A stretch of 64,000 bases of DNA from an uncultured SAR86 cluster bacterium. GTDB lineage: Bacteria > Pseudomonadota > Gammaproteobacteria > Magnimaribacterales > D2472. A model generated the notes under the pieces. The model did no database searches and was not told the origin of the DNA. It saw only the letters and a program-made list of their open reading frames with translations. This document shows positions 1 to 10,958 of this stretch, piece after piece; within the stretch, counting starts at the first letter, position 1; each line of letters starts with the position of its first letter. The stretch spans positions 16,270-80,269 of the forward strand of contig CAXYCJ010000011.1 of assembly GCA_964275585.1 (NCBI GenBank), in the 5' to 3' direction. The position numbers and the translations under genes are program-made.

Positions 1-1704
1 TTGCTCGAGAATATCCAAGGGCAGGGCACCTCTTTTGAGGACCTCATGATGGAAGTCTTTAATATTAAAGCTATCGCCTAGCTGATCTTTTGATCGATCT
101 TTCAGCTCTTGAATTTTTAATTGACCAATTTTATAAGCCAAAGCTTGGCCCGGCCAATTAATATATCTATCGACCTCGTTCATTACGTCTTGTTTAGTTT
201 TAGCTGAATTGTCTAAAAAATAATTAATTGCATCTTGCCTACTCCAATCAAAGTAATGCATCCCGGTATCAACCACTAACCTTATAGCTCTCCACATGTC
301 ATAAGTAAGCTGACCAAATTGTGAGTACGGATCTTTATAAAGCCCAAGATCATAGCCAAGACTTTCACTGTAGAGTCCCCAGCCCTCAACAAATGCTGTT
401 ATGCCTCCATACTTTCTAAAGTTAGGGAGATCTAATTCCATAGCCAAAGCTATTTGCAAATGATGTCCTGGAACAGCCTCATGAACACTCAATACTTCAA
501 TTTCATATTTAGGCCTTACTTCAGGTCTATAAAGATTGACGTAGTAGTAACCAGCCCTAGAACCATCTGCAGCAGGTCGTTGATAATATGCTGTGGTTGT
601 GTCAGGAGCACTCTCTATTGGAATAGGTTTAAGACCGTATGGCATTGAAGGCAGGACTTTAAATATATTAACCAATTCTGGGTCTATTCTTTTAGAAGTT
701 GCTAAGTAAGCCTCAAAGAGTTCTTCTGAGGTTTTATAATAAAATTTAGGGTTTGATCGCAGATCATCTAAAAAACCTTTAAAAGTTCCCTGCCATTGAA
801 CTTCTTTGATGATGCCTTCCATTTCAGATCTAATGCGTGCCACTTCTTGTAAACCAATGTTATGAATTTCTTGGGGGGTTAATGAGGTGGTTGTGAACTT
901 TCGAGCTAAATACTCATAATACTGCTTTCCATTATTAATATCTTTGATGCCTATAGAAGTTCTGCAAGCTGGAAGATATTCTTCTTTAAAAAACTGATGC
1001 AGCTTAAGATACGCAGGTATGACTTTACTTCTGATGACCTCTTTTGCTTTAGTTTGAATAGCTTCTATATCATCCTGACTAATTGATCTATCAAAGGACT
1101 CAAACGCACGGAAAAATGGACTGGCGTCTGGAGACACGAATGCTTGCAGTTTAATTTGCTCAAAAACTTTCTGCATTAAAAAGCGGGGAGGAACAATTCC
1201 TGTTTCTATTCCCATTTTAGCTTTTTGAATTTCAGCATCTACAAGAACTTCAAGCTTGTTTAGGCGCTCGATCCAATCAAGGTAATGTTCAGCTTTTCTT
1301 AAGGGCAGGATATTAACTGTCTCGTGCTCAAGCTGGATTCCTCCACGATGACTAAATGGCATCAGGTAAGTTTGATAATCAAAACTTTCTACAGAATTCT
1401 CATATTGCTTTTTAAATAATTTGTAGTTGATGGTATTGAGCTCATCAAAGTCATTGGTATCCATGTTATTCAAAAGATTGAGAACAGATTGATCATGTTG
1501 ATGATCTTCATTTATTTTACCAATAGAATTATCTGACCACTCGGTATTAAATCTAAGATCACCCATACTTGAGGCATAAACAGGATTGTCTGCAACTATC
1601 TTAGACCACTCAGAATCCATAAGTTCTTCAAACGCAGTCTCTGTTGATTGTTGTGAGCAACCAGTCAGCAGTAAAATTAAAGCTAAATATTTAATATTAT
1701 TCAT
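1..1704 (-). CDS. DUF885 family lipoprotein (putative metallopeptidase), 3' end off window
   Basis: Not in ORF track. ATG at 1704 overlaps the ETF-QO stop; MNNIKYLALILLLTGC lipobox; LSVHEAVPGHHLQ motif near 450-490; reaches ...DFHHEVLKRGALPLDILEQ at base 1 in the same frame. Confidence 0.9.
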   Translation of the reverse strand, partial: MNNIKYLALILLLTGCSQQSTETAFEELMDSEWSKIVADNPVYASSMGDLRFNTEWSDNSIGKINEDHQHDQSVLNLLNNMDTNDFDELNTINYKLFKKQYENSVESFDYQTYLMPFSHRGGIQLEHETVNILPLRKAEHYLDWIERLNKLEVLVDAEIQKAKMGIETGIVPPRFLMQKVFEQIKLQAFVSPDASPFFRAFESFDRSISQDDIEAIQTKAKEVIRSKVIPAYLKLHQFFKEEYLPACRTSIGIKDINNGKQYYEYLARKFTTTSLTPQEIHNIGLQEVARIRSEMEGIIKEVQWQGTFKGFLDDLRSNPKFYYKTSEELFEAYLATSKRIDPELVNIFKVLPSMPYGLKPIPIESAPDTTTAYYQRPAADGSRAGYYYVNLYRPEVRPKYEIEVLSVHEAVPGHHLQIALAMELDLPNFRKYGGITAFVEGWGLYSESLGYDLGLYKDPYSQFGQLTYDMWRAIRLVVDTGMHYFDWSRQDAINYFLDNSAKTKQDVMNEVDRYINWPGQALAYKIGQLKIQELKDRSKDQLGDSFNIKDFHHEVLKRGALPLDILEQ

Positions 1705-3329
1705 TACATATTTGGATAATTGGGACCACCACTACCTTCTGGCGTAACCCAAGTGATGTTTTGAGAGGGATCTTTAATATCACAGGTCTTGCAATGCACA
1801 CAATTCTGACCGTTGATTACAAATTTTGGCCCCCCATCACTCTCAACAACTTCGTAGACACCGGCTGGACAATATCTTTGCGCAGGCTCATCGTACATTG
1901 GCAGATTTTGTAAAATAGGAATAGAGGCATCCTTGAGAGTTAGATGACATGGTTGATCTTCTTCGTGGGTTGTATTTGAAAGAAATACAGAACTGAGCTT
2001 ATCAAAACTAACTTTACCATCAGGTTTAGGGTATTCAATTTTAGGCATATCAGCTGCAGGTTTCATGCAAGCATAATCTGGCGTAGTATGACGAAGGGTG
2101 AAAGGTAGCTTGCCTCTAAAAATTAACTGATCTATCGCATTTAATGCAGCACCAATTAAGGCACCAAATTTATGGAACATAGGACCAAAGTTTCTAGATT
2201 TATACAATTCTGAATATATCCAGCTTGATTGTACTAATTCATTAAATTGTAGGTCCCCATCTGAATTTATATTACTAAATATTGCTTCGGCTGCAAGCAT
2301 TCCAGATTTCATAGCTGTATGAGAACCTTTAATTTTAGAGAAAACCAAAGTTCCTGCATTATCGCCAACCAAAACACCGCCTGGAAATTCCATGCTGGGC
2401 AAAGACTGAAGTCCACCTTTAATCAAGGCTCGTGCTCCATAAGTCAATCGTTCTCCGCCTTCTAGGTATGGTCGAATGGAAGGATGGGTTTTCCAAGTTT
2501 GAAATTCTTCAAATGGGCTGAGGTAAGGATTTTCATAATCCAATGGAACTACATAGCCTAAATAGACTTCGTTGTTATCAGCGTGGTAAAGATATGAGCC
2601 AGCAGGAGTGTTCTTAGCACTTGGCCAACCATTGGTATGTATAACCAATCCTTCCTCATGGTTCTCGTCTTTAATCTTCCAAACCTCCTTAAAACCGATG
2701 CCATAATGTTGAGGGTCTTTACCTTTATCCAGTTCATATTTTGCAATGAGCTCTTTGCCTAAGTGCCCTCTGCATCCTTCACCAAAAATAGTATATTTAG
2801 CCTTAATATCTATCCCTGCTTCAAAACCAGGTTTTTGTTCTCCCTTCAAACTTACCCCCATGTCTCCAGTTCTAACCCCAATTACTTTATCGTTTTCATA
2901 AAGAATCTCGCTGGCTGGAAACCCTGGAAATATTTCTATACCCAGATCTTCTGCTTGGGTTGCTAGCCATCTACATAGGTTTGCTAGACTTGCAACATAA
3001 TTACCATGATTATTCATAGGCGGCATGACAAAAGAGGGGATAGGCATACCAAAATTTTTAAACAAGAACATTAATTTATCTTTTTTTACTGGGACAGTAA
3101 GAGGGCAGTTTTTATCTTTCCAATCTGGGATAAGTTCGTTTAGGGCAGTTGGTTGAAAAACATTACCAGAAAGAATATGTGCACCAATTTCCGACCCTTT
3201 TTCTAGCAAACATATCTCCAAAGGTTGATCATTTTCTTTGGCCAGTTGAGCAAGTTTAATTGCTGCGCTTAAACCAGATGGACCTCCACCTACGATCACT
3301 ACATCGTATTGCATTACTTCTCTTTCCAT
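1704..3329 (-). CDS. Electron transfer flavoprotein-ubiquinone oxidoreductase
   Basis: GGGPSG FAD motif, EKGSEIGAHILSG, C-terminal CPAGVYE...NCVHCKTCDIKDP 4Fe-4S motif; divergent from etfBA. Confidence 0.97.
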   Translation of the reverse strand: MEREVMQYDVVIVGGGPSGLSAAIKLAQLAKENDQPLEICLLEKGSEIGAHILSGNVFQPTALNELIPDWKDKNCPLTVPVKKDKLMFLFKNFGMPIPSFVMPPMNNHGNYVASLANLCRWLATQAEDLGIEIFPGFPASEILYENDKVIGVRTGDMGVSLKGEQKPGFEAGIDIKAKYTIFGEGCRGHLGKELIAKYELDKGKDPQHYGIGFKEVWKIKDENHEEGLVIHTNGWPSAKNTPAGSYLYHADNNEVYLGYVVPLDYENPYLSPFEEFQTWKTHPSIRPYLEGGERLTYGARALIKGGLQSLPSMEFPGGVLVGDNAGTLVFSKIKGSHTAMKSGMLAAEAIFSNINSDGDLQFNELVQSSWIYSELYKSRNFGPMFHKFGALIGAALNAIDQLIFRGKLPFTLRHTTPDYACMKPAADMPKIEYPKPDGKVSFDKLSSVFLSNTTHEEDQPCHLTLKDASIPILQNLPMYDEPAQRYCPAGVYEVVESDGGPKFVINGQNCVHCKTCDIKDPSQNITWVTPEGSGGPNYPNM

Positions 3330-3470
3330 GATCTGTCTCCCTCTTTTTTTAGTAGTAAAAAAACATTACAATCATATCCCATACGAAACCATTGAACGAA
3401 TATTATTATATAAAAAATTGATAATAAATTATAACTAAATATAATAGTTTAACTAAACGAGATTGAATTT

Positions 3471-4223
3471 ATGAAAATTATAGTACCTGTAAAACGAGTT
3501 GTTGATTATAACGTTAAGGTTAGACCCCTTAGCGACCAGTCAAATGTTGATCTCAATAACGTAAAGATGGCAATGAACCCATTTTGTGAAATTGCTATTG
3601 AAGAAGCTGTAAGACTTAAAGAGGCTGGAACAGCTACCGAAGTCATAGCAGTTACAGTTGGAACCTCAGCTTCACAAGAGCAATTAAGAACAGCTTTAGC
3701 CCTTGGCGCAGATAGAGCAATTTTAATTGAGACAGAAGTATTATTAGAACCTTTGGCTATTTCCAAAGCTTTGTCTAAGGTTATAGAAAAAGAGTCTCCC
3801 CAACTAGTTATCCTTGGTAAACAAGCAATTGATGGCGACAACAACCAAACAGGTCAAATGCTTGCAGCTTTGCTAAATTATGCGCAGGCAACTTTTGCTT
3901 CAGAAATATCCATTGAAGGCGACTCGGCTTCTGTTACTCGTGAGATTGACGGTGGACTTCAGACGATTAAAGTATCTTTGCCTGCAATCGTTACGACCGA
4001 CCTTCGCTTGAATGAGCCTAGGTATGCTTCATTACCTAATATTATGAAAGCCAAGAAAAAAGAAATGGATGTTCAGCCCGTTGATAGTCTTGGTATAGAT
4101 ATAGCGCCTCGCTTAGAGCTTGTGTCGGTAGAGCCACCAGCTACAAGAGCAGAAGGAATTATAGTTGAATCAGTTGAAGAACTAGTTAGTAAATTAAAAA
4201 ATGAAGCGAAGGTGATTTCATGA
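3471..4223 (+). CDS. etfB: Electron transfer flavoprotein beta subunit
   Basis: [49 protein letters not shown]. Confidence 0.97.
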   Translation: MKIIVPVKRVVDYNVKVRPLSDQSNVDLNNVKMAMNPFCEIAIEEAVRLKEAGTATEVIAVTVGTSASQEQLRTALALGADRAILIETEVLLEPLAISKALSKVIEKESPQLVILGKQAIDGDNNQTGQMLAALLNYAQATFASEISIEGDSASVTREIDGGLQTIKVSLPAIVTTDLRLNEPRYASLPNIMKAKKKEMDVQPVDSLGIDIAPRLELVSVEPPATRAEGIIVESVEELVSKLKNEAKVIS

Positions 4224-5149
4224 GCATATTAGTAATAGCAGAACACGATAATTCTAGTCTTAAGCCGTCGACACTTAATACTGTGGCCGCGGCCAAGGAG
4301 ATCGGAGACTCAGTGCATTTGCTTGTAGCTGGAAGTTCCTGTCAAGGCGTTGCAGATGCATGCGCTATAGTTGAAGGTGTTGAAAAGGTTCTCTTGGCTG
4401 ATGATGTTGCTTATGCAAATCAATTAGCAGAGAGCACATCGAATCTTATTAAATCAGTTGCTGCTGATTATTCGTATATTCTTGCACCTGCAACTACCTT
4501 TGGTAAAAATGTCTTACCAAGACTAAGTGCATTGCTCGACGTCCAGCAGATTTCAGAGATTACAGAAGTTGTATCTGCAGACACTTTCAAAAGACCTATT
4601 TATGCAGGAAGCTGTATTGCGACAGTTAAATCTAACGATGCAACCAAAGTAATTACCGTAAGAGCAACTGCGTTTGATCCAGTTAGTGATTCCGGTGGAT
4701 CGGCTTCTATTGAAACTATTGCCCCTGAGGGTGTATCTGATCTTTCATCCTTCGTTGGAGAAGAGATTGCAAAAAGCGATAGACCAGAACTCACAGCAGC
4801 AAGTATTGTTATTTCTGGTGGAAGAGGAATGCAATCAGGTGAAAACTTCCATTTATTAGAAACTATTGCAGACAAACTTGGTGCTGCGGTTGGAGCTTCT
4901 AGAGCTGCAGTTGATGCAGGCTTTGTTCCTAATGATTATCAGGTCGGTCAAACAGGTAAAATTGTTGCCCCAGATTTATATATAGCAGTAGGTATCAGTG
5001 GAGCTATTCAGCATTTAGCTGGAATGAAAGATTCAAAAGTGATTGTTGCCATCAACAAAGATGAAGATGCACCTATATTCCAAGTTGCAGACTATGGATT
5101 GGTTGCTGATTTGTTTGATGCTTTACCTGAGCTATCAGAAAAACTTTAA
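4220..5149 (+). CDS. etfA: Electron transfer flavoprotein alpha subunit
   Basis: [44 protein letters not shown]. Confidence 0.97.
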   Translation: MSILVIAEHDNSSLKPSTLNTVAAAKEIGDSVHLLVAGSSCQGVADACAIVEGVEKVLLADDVAYANQLAESTSNLIKSVAADYSYILAPATTFGKNVLPRLSALLDVQQISEITEVVSADTFKRPIYAGSCIATVKSNDATKVITVRATAFDPVSDSGGSASIETIAPEGVSDLSSFVGEEIAKSDRPELTAASIVISGGRGMQSGENFHLLETIADKLGAAVGASRAAVDAGFVPNDYQVGQTGKIVAPDLYIAVGISGAIQHLAGMKDSKVIVAINKDEDAPIFQVADYGLVADLFDALPELSEKL

Positions 5150-5150
5150 A

Positions 5151-6257
5151 CTACTGATTTGAAGTAATATTTAAACCCAGTTTGTCAATATTTTGACTAG
5201 CTGAACCATTGATTAGCTCGCATTCTTTGGCCAGCAAACAATAGCGCCAAAGCACATAATCCTTATCCACACCCGTGCCACCATGGAGGTGCTGCGCTGA
5301 ATAACTAATTCTGTGACAAGCATTTCCTGCCCAAATTTTTGAAACCAAAGCATCGTTTTCACAATCTAGATTGGTATTAAGGTTAACCGCCGCTTGTTGA
5401 TTAACAAGTCGTAAGCACTCTAGATCAATAAAGCAGTCAGCAGCTCTATGAGAAACAGCTTGGAATGACCCTATCACTCGACCGAATTGTTCCCTTTCAG
5501 AAGTGTAGCTAGCAACCAATGAAGTCATTTTTTCAGTGATCCCTAGAGCCAGATAACTTCTCATGACCATATTAATCTGAAGGAGGTATTTTAAAGCTTC
5601 TAAGCCTCGACCATCCGCATGAATAATAGCTGATCTATCTACGTTCACAGAATCGAGATCTACTTTAAAAGCAGGGGAGTTAGCTGTGGTTGCAAGTTCA
5701 GAGATACTAACTTTATTTGAATCTACAAGGACCAATAACACGCCTTCGTTTGAATTAACTGAAATCAAAATGCTCTTTGATTTAGATGTAAGTTCAGACA
5801 GATACTTAGTTCCCGTAATGATTAAATTATCTCCACTAATCTCAGCTCTGGTAAGAGGATTTTCAGGGTCTTGATTCAAGGGCTCTAAAATTGCAGAAGT
5901 ATGAATCTCGCCACTAATGATTGCACCTATTAAAGCAAGGTGAGTTTTTTCTTCACTAAACTTCTGTATCGTTTGGGCTACGTCAACCAAGCACCCAACC
6001 AAACTTAAAGGTGCAGCGTGGTAACCAAGTCTCTCAAATAGAATTCCAAGGTCATAAAGGTTCTCTCCGCTGCCACCGTATTCCTCATTAATACCAAGTC
6101 CAAGGTAACCATTTCTGGCTAGCAACGAGAGTAGTTGCTCATCGTGTTTAAAATCAACATCAAACTCTTTGAGTTTTTCTGGAGTACATTGCTCGAGTAA
6201 GATCTTATCTAAAGAGTCTCTAATTTCACTTTGATGAGTGAGTTCTGAAAAATCCAT
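5151..6257 (-). CDS. Acyl-CoA dehydrogenase, FadE27/28-like partner subunit
   Basis: REQFGRVIGSFQAVSHRAAD, QHLHGGTGVD; translationally coupled to the upstream ACAD. Confidence 0.85.
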   Translation of the reverse strand: MDFSELTHQSEIRDSLDKILLEQCTPEKLKEFDVDFKHDEQLLSLLARNGYLGLGINEEYGGSGENLYDLGILFERLGYHAAPLSLVGCLVDVAQTIQKFSEEKTHLALIGAIISGEIHTSAILEPLNQDPENPLTRAEISGDNLIITGTKYLSELTSKSKSILISVNSNEGVLLVLVDSNKVSISELATTANSPAFKVDLDSVNVDRSAIIHADGRGLEALKYLLQINMVMRSYLALGITEKMTSLVASYTSEREQFGRVIGSFQAVSHRAADCFIDLECLRLVNQQAAVNLNTNLDCENDALVSKIWAGNACHRISYSAQHLHGGTGVDKDYVLWRYCLLAKECELINGSASQNIDKLGLNITSNQ

Positions 6258-7438
6258 TATCGAGTCCTAGGCATGAGCAAGCCGGCCATGGCAATAATAT
6301 CTCTTTGAACTTCGTTAGTGCCACCGCCAAAGGTAAGGATAGATGCAGTCCTGTACATTCTCTCGAGTTTTGCATTTAATACAGACAGCTCGGAGTCATT
6401 TTTTAACAGACTAAGCTCTCCCATTATCTCCATTAACAGCCTGTATGCTTCTATAAAAAATTCAGAGCCGTACACCTTAGCAACAGAGGCTTCAGCCATG
6501 TTTAGTTGACCTGATTCCATGATCCATGTTTGTTTCCAACAAATAAGCTTTAAGGCTTCAACTCCAGCATAAACCTGTGCAAAGTTATGTTTGACCCACG
6601 AGAGATCTGCTAAAGACTGATCATTATTAATCTTGGTGGTCTCTGCAAGCTTAAGTACGTTTCTGTAAAGCTCTTCAACTGGACCGTGATTAACTAAAGC
6701 CAAACGCTCTAAATTAAGCTGACTGGTTATAAGCGACCAGCCGTGATTGATTTCGCCAACAAGGTTTGAATCTGGAACACGAATGTTGTCGTAAAAAGTA
6801 GCGTTGGTTCTTACATCGCCTAAGGTATTAATTGCTGACATTGAAAAACCAGGGTCGTCGGTTGGCACGATGAACATTGAAATGCCTTTGTGATTCTTGG
6901 CTTCAAAATCTGTTCTTGCTGCCAGCCAAATATAGTCCGAGAAGTTTGCCAAGCTGGTCCACATTTTTTGACCGTTAATTAAATAGCCATCGGGCTCTTT
7001 GATTGCTTTGGTTTGCAGCGAAGCCAAATCTGTTCCTGAGTTAGGTTCTGAATAGCCAATGCCAAAAATAAGTTCGCCTCGAAGAATCTTGGTGGCTATT
7101 TCCTCTTTAGCCCAATCAGATCCGTGTTCTGCAATCATGGGACCGACTGATTCAGTTGTTAGAAAAGGGAAGGGGAAACCGGTTCGCATCACAGTCTCTA
7201 CAAAGATGTATTGCTCTATAGGACTTAATTCTTTACCACCCAATTCTTTTTTCCAACTCAAGCCTATCCAACCATCTGCACCCATGGTACGCATAGCCTT
7301 TTTAAATTCAGGCCCGCCGCCTTCAAAGTGTTTGGGATTATTTAACTCTGTTCTTAGTGCAGGCGTTAATAAGCCTTCAAAGTATTCTTGAAGTTCTGCT
7401 TTTAATTTAGCTTGTTTTGTATTTAGTTGTATTAACAT
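6257..7438 (-). CDS. Acyl-CoA dehydrogenase, FadE26/FadE29-like subunit
   Basis: IGYSEPNSGTDLASL, NGQKMWTSLA, QLNLERLAL, TFGGGTNEVQRDII. Start moved to ATG 7438. Confidence 0.9.
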   Translation of the reverse strand: MLIQLNTKQAKLKAELQEYFEGLLTPALRTELNNPKHFEGGGPEFKKAMRTMGADGWIGLSWKKELGGKELSPIEQYIFVETVMRTGFPFPFLTTESVGPMIAEHGSDWAKEEIATKILRGELIFGIGYSEPNSGTDLASLQTKAIKEPDGYLINGQKMWTSLANFSDYIWLAARTDFEAKNHKGISMFIVPTDDPGFSMSAINTLGDVRTNATFYDNIRVPDSNLVGEINHGWSLITSQLNLERLALVNHGPVEELYRNVLKLAETTKINNDQSLADLSWVKHNFAQVYAGVEALKLICWKQTWIMESGQLNMAEASVAKVYGSEFFIEAYRLLMEIMGELSLLKNDSELSVLNAKLERMYRTASILTFGGGTNEVQRDIIAMAGLLMPRTR

Positions 7439-7498
7439 CTCAACTAGTAGTATCTCATTTTGTATTCTCAATTCAATATCTTGGTGTATTATTTAGTC

Positions 7499-7669
7499 AT
7501 GGCTAGTTACTCCCGAACAATGGATTTCCTTCATCAAAAACTTTTGCAAGCAAGAACAAAAGACCAAGAGGACAAGATAGTTAACTGGATGCTTGCTGAA
7601 GCACAATTAAAGCAGGCTGCAGAAAAGAACAATCCAAATAGCAGGTCAGATATGATGAAAATAAAATAG
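7499..7669 (+). CDS. Small hypothetical protein (56 aa)
   Basis: ATG 7499, MASYSRTMDFLHQKLLQ..., co-oriented just upstream of the envelope operon. Confidence 0.4.
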   Translation: MASYSRTMDFLHQKLLQARTKDQEDKIVNWMLAEAQLKQAAEKNNPNSRSDMMKIK

Positions 7670-7686
7670 GGTATGTCTAAATATAA

Positions 7687-8238
7687 ATGAAAAACATCCT
7701 CCTCATGTTGATGGTCTTTGGGAGCTTTGGAGCCTTAGGACTAGATTCCACATCTAATAACTCCGAAGGATGTGACAATACAAATTTTGAGATTGATAAA
7801 CCAGAATACGCAGAGACTGAAGAAGAGCGTGTGGCAAGGTTAAATCAAGAATTGATGGCTGCCTTAAATCAATTTGATAGATGTTTTGATACTTTGAATA
7901 AATCTACATCTTCAAGCGACTCCTCAAAGTCTAATAATAGTAATTCCTCCTCATCAATCGCTAGTAATACCGCATCAGGCAATGAGCCAATCACAACTCA
8001 AGAACAACCTCTCAATACTGCTCCTGATCAAAATTCTATAAATAATACTTCAGTACCCATAGAAGATATTCCTGGAGACAATGGCTCAATTCCATCTGAT
8101 ACACCTTACGATCCTAGTGATGATAGAACAGCAAGGCAACTTTGGGATGAAGCTAATGCTACCAAAGATCCTAAGCTACGGGAGTTATATTTTGACGGAT
8201 ACAGGAAATACAAAGGAGCGCAAAAGAATGATGGATAG
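7687..8238 (+). CDS. Secreted hypothetical protein, Ser/Asn-rich linker, helical C-terminus
   Basis: Signal peptide MKNILLMLMVFGSFGALG; Cys pair; C-terminal DDRTARQLWDEANATKDPKLRELYFDGYRKYK. Confidence 0.8.
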   Translation: MKNILLMLMVFGSFGALGLDSTSNNSEGCDNTNFEIDKPEYAETEEERVARLNQELMAALNQFDRCFDTLNKSTSSSDSSKSNNSNSSSSIASNTASGNEPITTQEQPLNTAPDQNSINNTSVPIEDIPGDNGSIPSDTPYDPSDDRTARQLWDEANATKDPKLRELYFDGYRKYKGAQKNDG

Positions 8239-8303
8239 TAATTAATTGCTTAATAGAAATTACTATATTAATCTTTAAGCATATAAAGCAAATTATTAAA
8301 ATC

Positions 8304-9505
8304 ATGAATCCCAAATACTTAACATTAATTCTCTTAGCATTTGTCGCTAGTTGTTCCACGACATCTGGCGTTGGCCCACAATATCAGTCTGGAGGTGAAA
8401 AGGTGGTAATTGAAAATGCAGAACCTTTTGATGTTGCTATTGCCATTTTTGACCCCCGGATTATCAGACCAATCATCATACGGTGAAAAGGGTGTTTGGC
8501 CTGAATTAAGACGAGCTGAATCTATGTATATGGCTGTGCATTTAAGAGATGTTCTTGCAAAATCTGAATCCTATGGGGCGGTAAGGGTTGTACCAAATCT
8601 ATTATCTAGCTCTGATGTATACATCAGTGCTCAGATAATTCAATCAAATGGTGAAGATGTTGCTATCAAAATTAAGGTAATTGATTCAACAGGCAAGACA
8701 TGGATTTCAAAAAAATATTCGCACAGAGTAAAAACCCATTACATTTAACAACCCCAGAAATAAAAATTCCAAAGGGGTCTTACTGTTAGATCCTTACGAA
8801 CCAATTTATCAAAAAATTAATTCAGATATTGCCAAATATATTAAAAGAAATGTAAAGACAAAAAAAGCTGATTTAATAAACACTGTTACAGATATTCGTT
8901 ATGCTCAGAATTTTTCACCAGATGCATTTACCGATATTCTTAGCAAAAGAAATAATAGCTATAAACTGAATGGAAAACCTGATCCAGACGACCCTATGAT
9001 GCTAAGAATAAAAAATATCCAATACCGTGACCAGATGTTTATAGATAACATGCAAATTCACTATAATAGCTTTGCTTCCGATATGAGCCTTAGTTATAAG
9101 ATTTGGCAAGAACAGTCCTTTGCTGAATCTAAGTCAGCTAGAGAAGCAGCTAGCGCTGCATTTTGGCAAGGTGTTGCAGGTGCAGTTGTTTTAGCAGCTA
9201 CTGTTTCTGCTGCTGGAGATTCTGACTCATATGAGGGCGCAAGAAATACAGCTATTGTTGGTGGAGCAGTTGCAGGATCATTATTTAACAGCAGTTTTAA
9301 AAGTAGCTCAGAAGCAAAAATTCACCGTGACACATTAAATGAGATATCTGAATCGATTGATGGTAGTTTATCTCCTAGCGTTATAGAAATGGAAGACATG
9401 ACCGTAACTATAACCGGAACTGCTGATGAGCAAACTGCTCAATGGAAAGAAATTCTTATAAAGATATATAACGCCGAAACCGAGAAAACAAAAACCTTCC
9501 TATAA
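8304..9505 (+). CDS. Lipoprotein of about 399 aa, split by two +1 frameshifts (probably sequencing errors)
   Basis: Lipobox FVASC. Removing one C at 8453-8457 and one base near 8735-8743 joins ORFs 8304, 8410 and 8996; the frame between 8744 and 8996 is open. Confidence 0.8.
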
Positions 9506-9539
9506 TAATTTTTTATTTTAAATTAGTCCTTGCATATAA

Positions 9540-10958
9540 TTGGATATTATTAAATTCTTAGCAAATCTATCACAATCTCAGAAAATATGGACTGTAATAG
9601 TATCCTCAACCTTGCTTGCTTTTTTATGGTTTGCTTTTGTTTCTAATATTCAAACTTCTCTAAATAATCAGACTTCTTCACTGCCAATTGTCGACCAGCT
9701 ATCTAGTCTAGACTGCATAGAAAACGATTTAAAAATACCTTTATGCAAAGATAGAGATCTAGCATTAGAAAACATGAAGCTTTTGCAAGAGTTAAAAGTT
9801 GAACTTATTGACAACAATACAGAGCTATGGGCGCTTGATGAATTTAATGATTTACAGAAATTAGTTGCTGAAGGAGATGCTTTATTCAGTGAAGAGTTCT
9901 TTGCTAAATCTAACAATATTTACCTTGAAGCTATTTTAGCATCTCAAGGGTTAATAGAAGCAGCCAATATCTCAATTAAAGACTCTATCCAGAATGGTTA
10001 TAAGCAATTATTACTAAATGAGTGGCAAGAGGCAGAATATTCTTTTAGATCGGCTCTACTTATTGATCCCAATCACATCCTTGCAAACAAAGGTTTGTCG
10101 AGGTCTTTGGTTCTCGAGCAAATCTTAATTTATTTAGATGAAGCAAGATTGCGAATTAAAATTAATTCCCTAGATGAAGCCAAGGAAGTTATTCTCAAAG
10201 CTTTTAATTTAGACGATGAGAATATTCAAGTTCAAGATGCTAAATTAAAAGTTAATCAATTAATCAGAGAAAGAGATTTAGAGATTGCAATCCGTCGTGG
10301 GTACAATTTACTTAAAAAAGAAAAGTTCAAAGAAGCTGCCATTAATTTTAATCAAGCCTTGTCCATAGACCAAACATCAGAACCGGCAAAAATTGGGTTA
10401 ATTGAAGTCGCAGAAGGAATAAAGAGAGCTAAAATAAGACAGGAAAGGGCTTTGGCTCAAGAATCCTTTAATTTAGAAGACTTTTCAAAATCTGCAACTC
10501 ATTATAAAAATATATTAGGTATAGACAAAAGTATTAGTTTTGCGGTTCTTGGGTTAAGAGAGGCTAATAACTTCATTGCACTCGAAAAAAATATTAATAG
10601 GTACCTGAATAATCCAGAAAGACTATCTAGCTCAGCTGTTTATAATGAAGCTCAGAGGCTAATTACTTTCAGCAGTTCATATGAATTACGAGAAAGATTG
10701 CTGGCTATGAAAAATTCATTAATAGCTCTTTTAAATGAATATTCCCAATTGATCAAGTTAACTATATCCTCAGACAACAAAACAAATATTTCTATTGTAA
10801 ATGGCAGTAACCTAGGTTCTTTTACTTCTAGAGAAATGAAATTATTTCCAGGTACTTATACTCTTATTGGCAAAAGAAAAGGATATATTACAGTTAGAGA
10901 AGTTATTAATTTAACAGAAACATCTTCCTTGAGATTAGCTTGTAATAAGAAAATATAA
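9540..10958 (+). CDS. Membrane-anchored TPR protein with C-terminal PEGA-like domain
   Basis: N-terminal TM; repeated TPR-like helices (AEYSFRSALLIDPNH, AAINFNQALSIDQ); C-terminal LFPGTYTLIGKRKGY. Confidence 0.8.
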   Translation: MDIIKFLANLSQSQKIWTVIVSSTLLAFLWFAFVSNIQTSLNNQTSSLPIVDQLSSLDCIENDLKIPLCKDRDLALENMKLLQELKVELIDNNTELWALDEFNDLQKLVAEGDALFSEEFFAKSNNIYLEAILASQGLIEAANISIKDSIQNGYKQLLLNEWQEAEYSFRSALLIDPNHILANKGLSRSLVLEQILIYLDEARLRIKINSLDEAKEVILKAFNLDDENIQVQDAKLKVNQLIRERDLEIAIRRGYNLLKKEKFKEAAINFNQALSIDQTSEPAKIGLIEVAEGIKRAKIRQERALAQESFNLEDFSKSATHYKNILGIDKSISFAVLGLREANNFIALEKNINRYLNNPERLSSSAVYNEAQRLITFSSSYELRERLLAMKNSLIALLNEYSQLIKLTISSDNKTNISIVNGSNLGSFTSREMKLFPGTYTLIGKRKGYITVREVINLTETSSLRLACNKKI

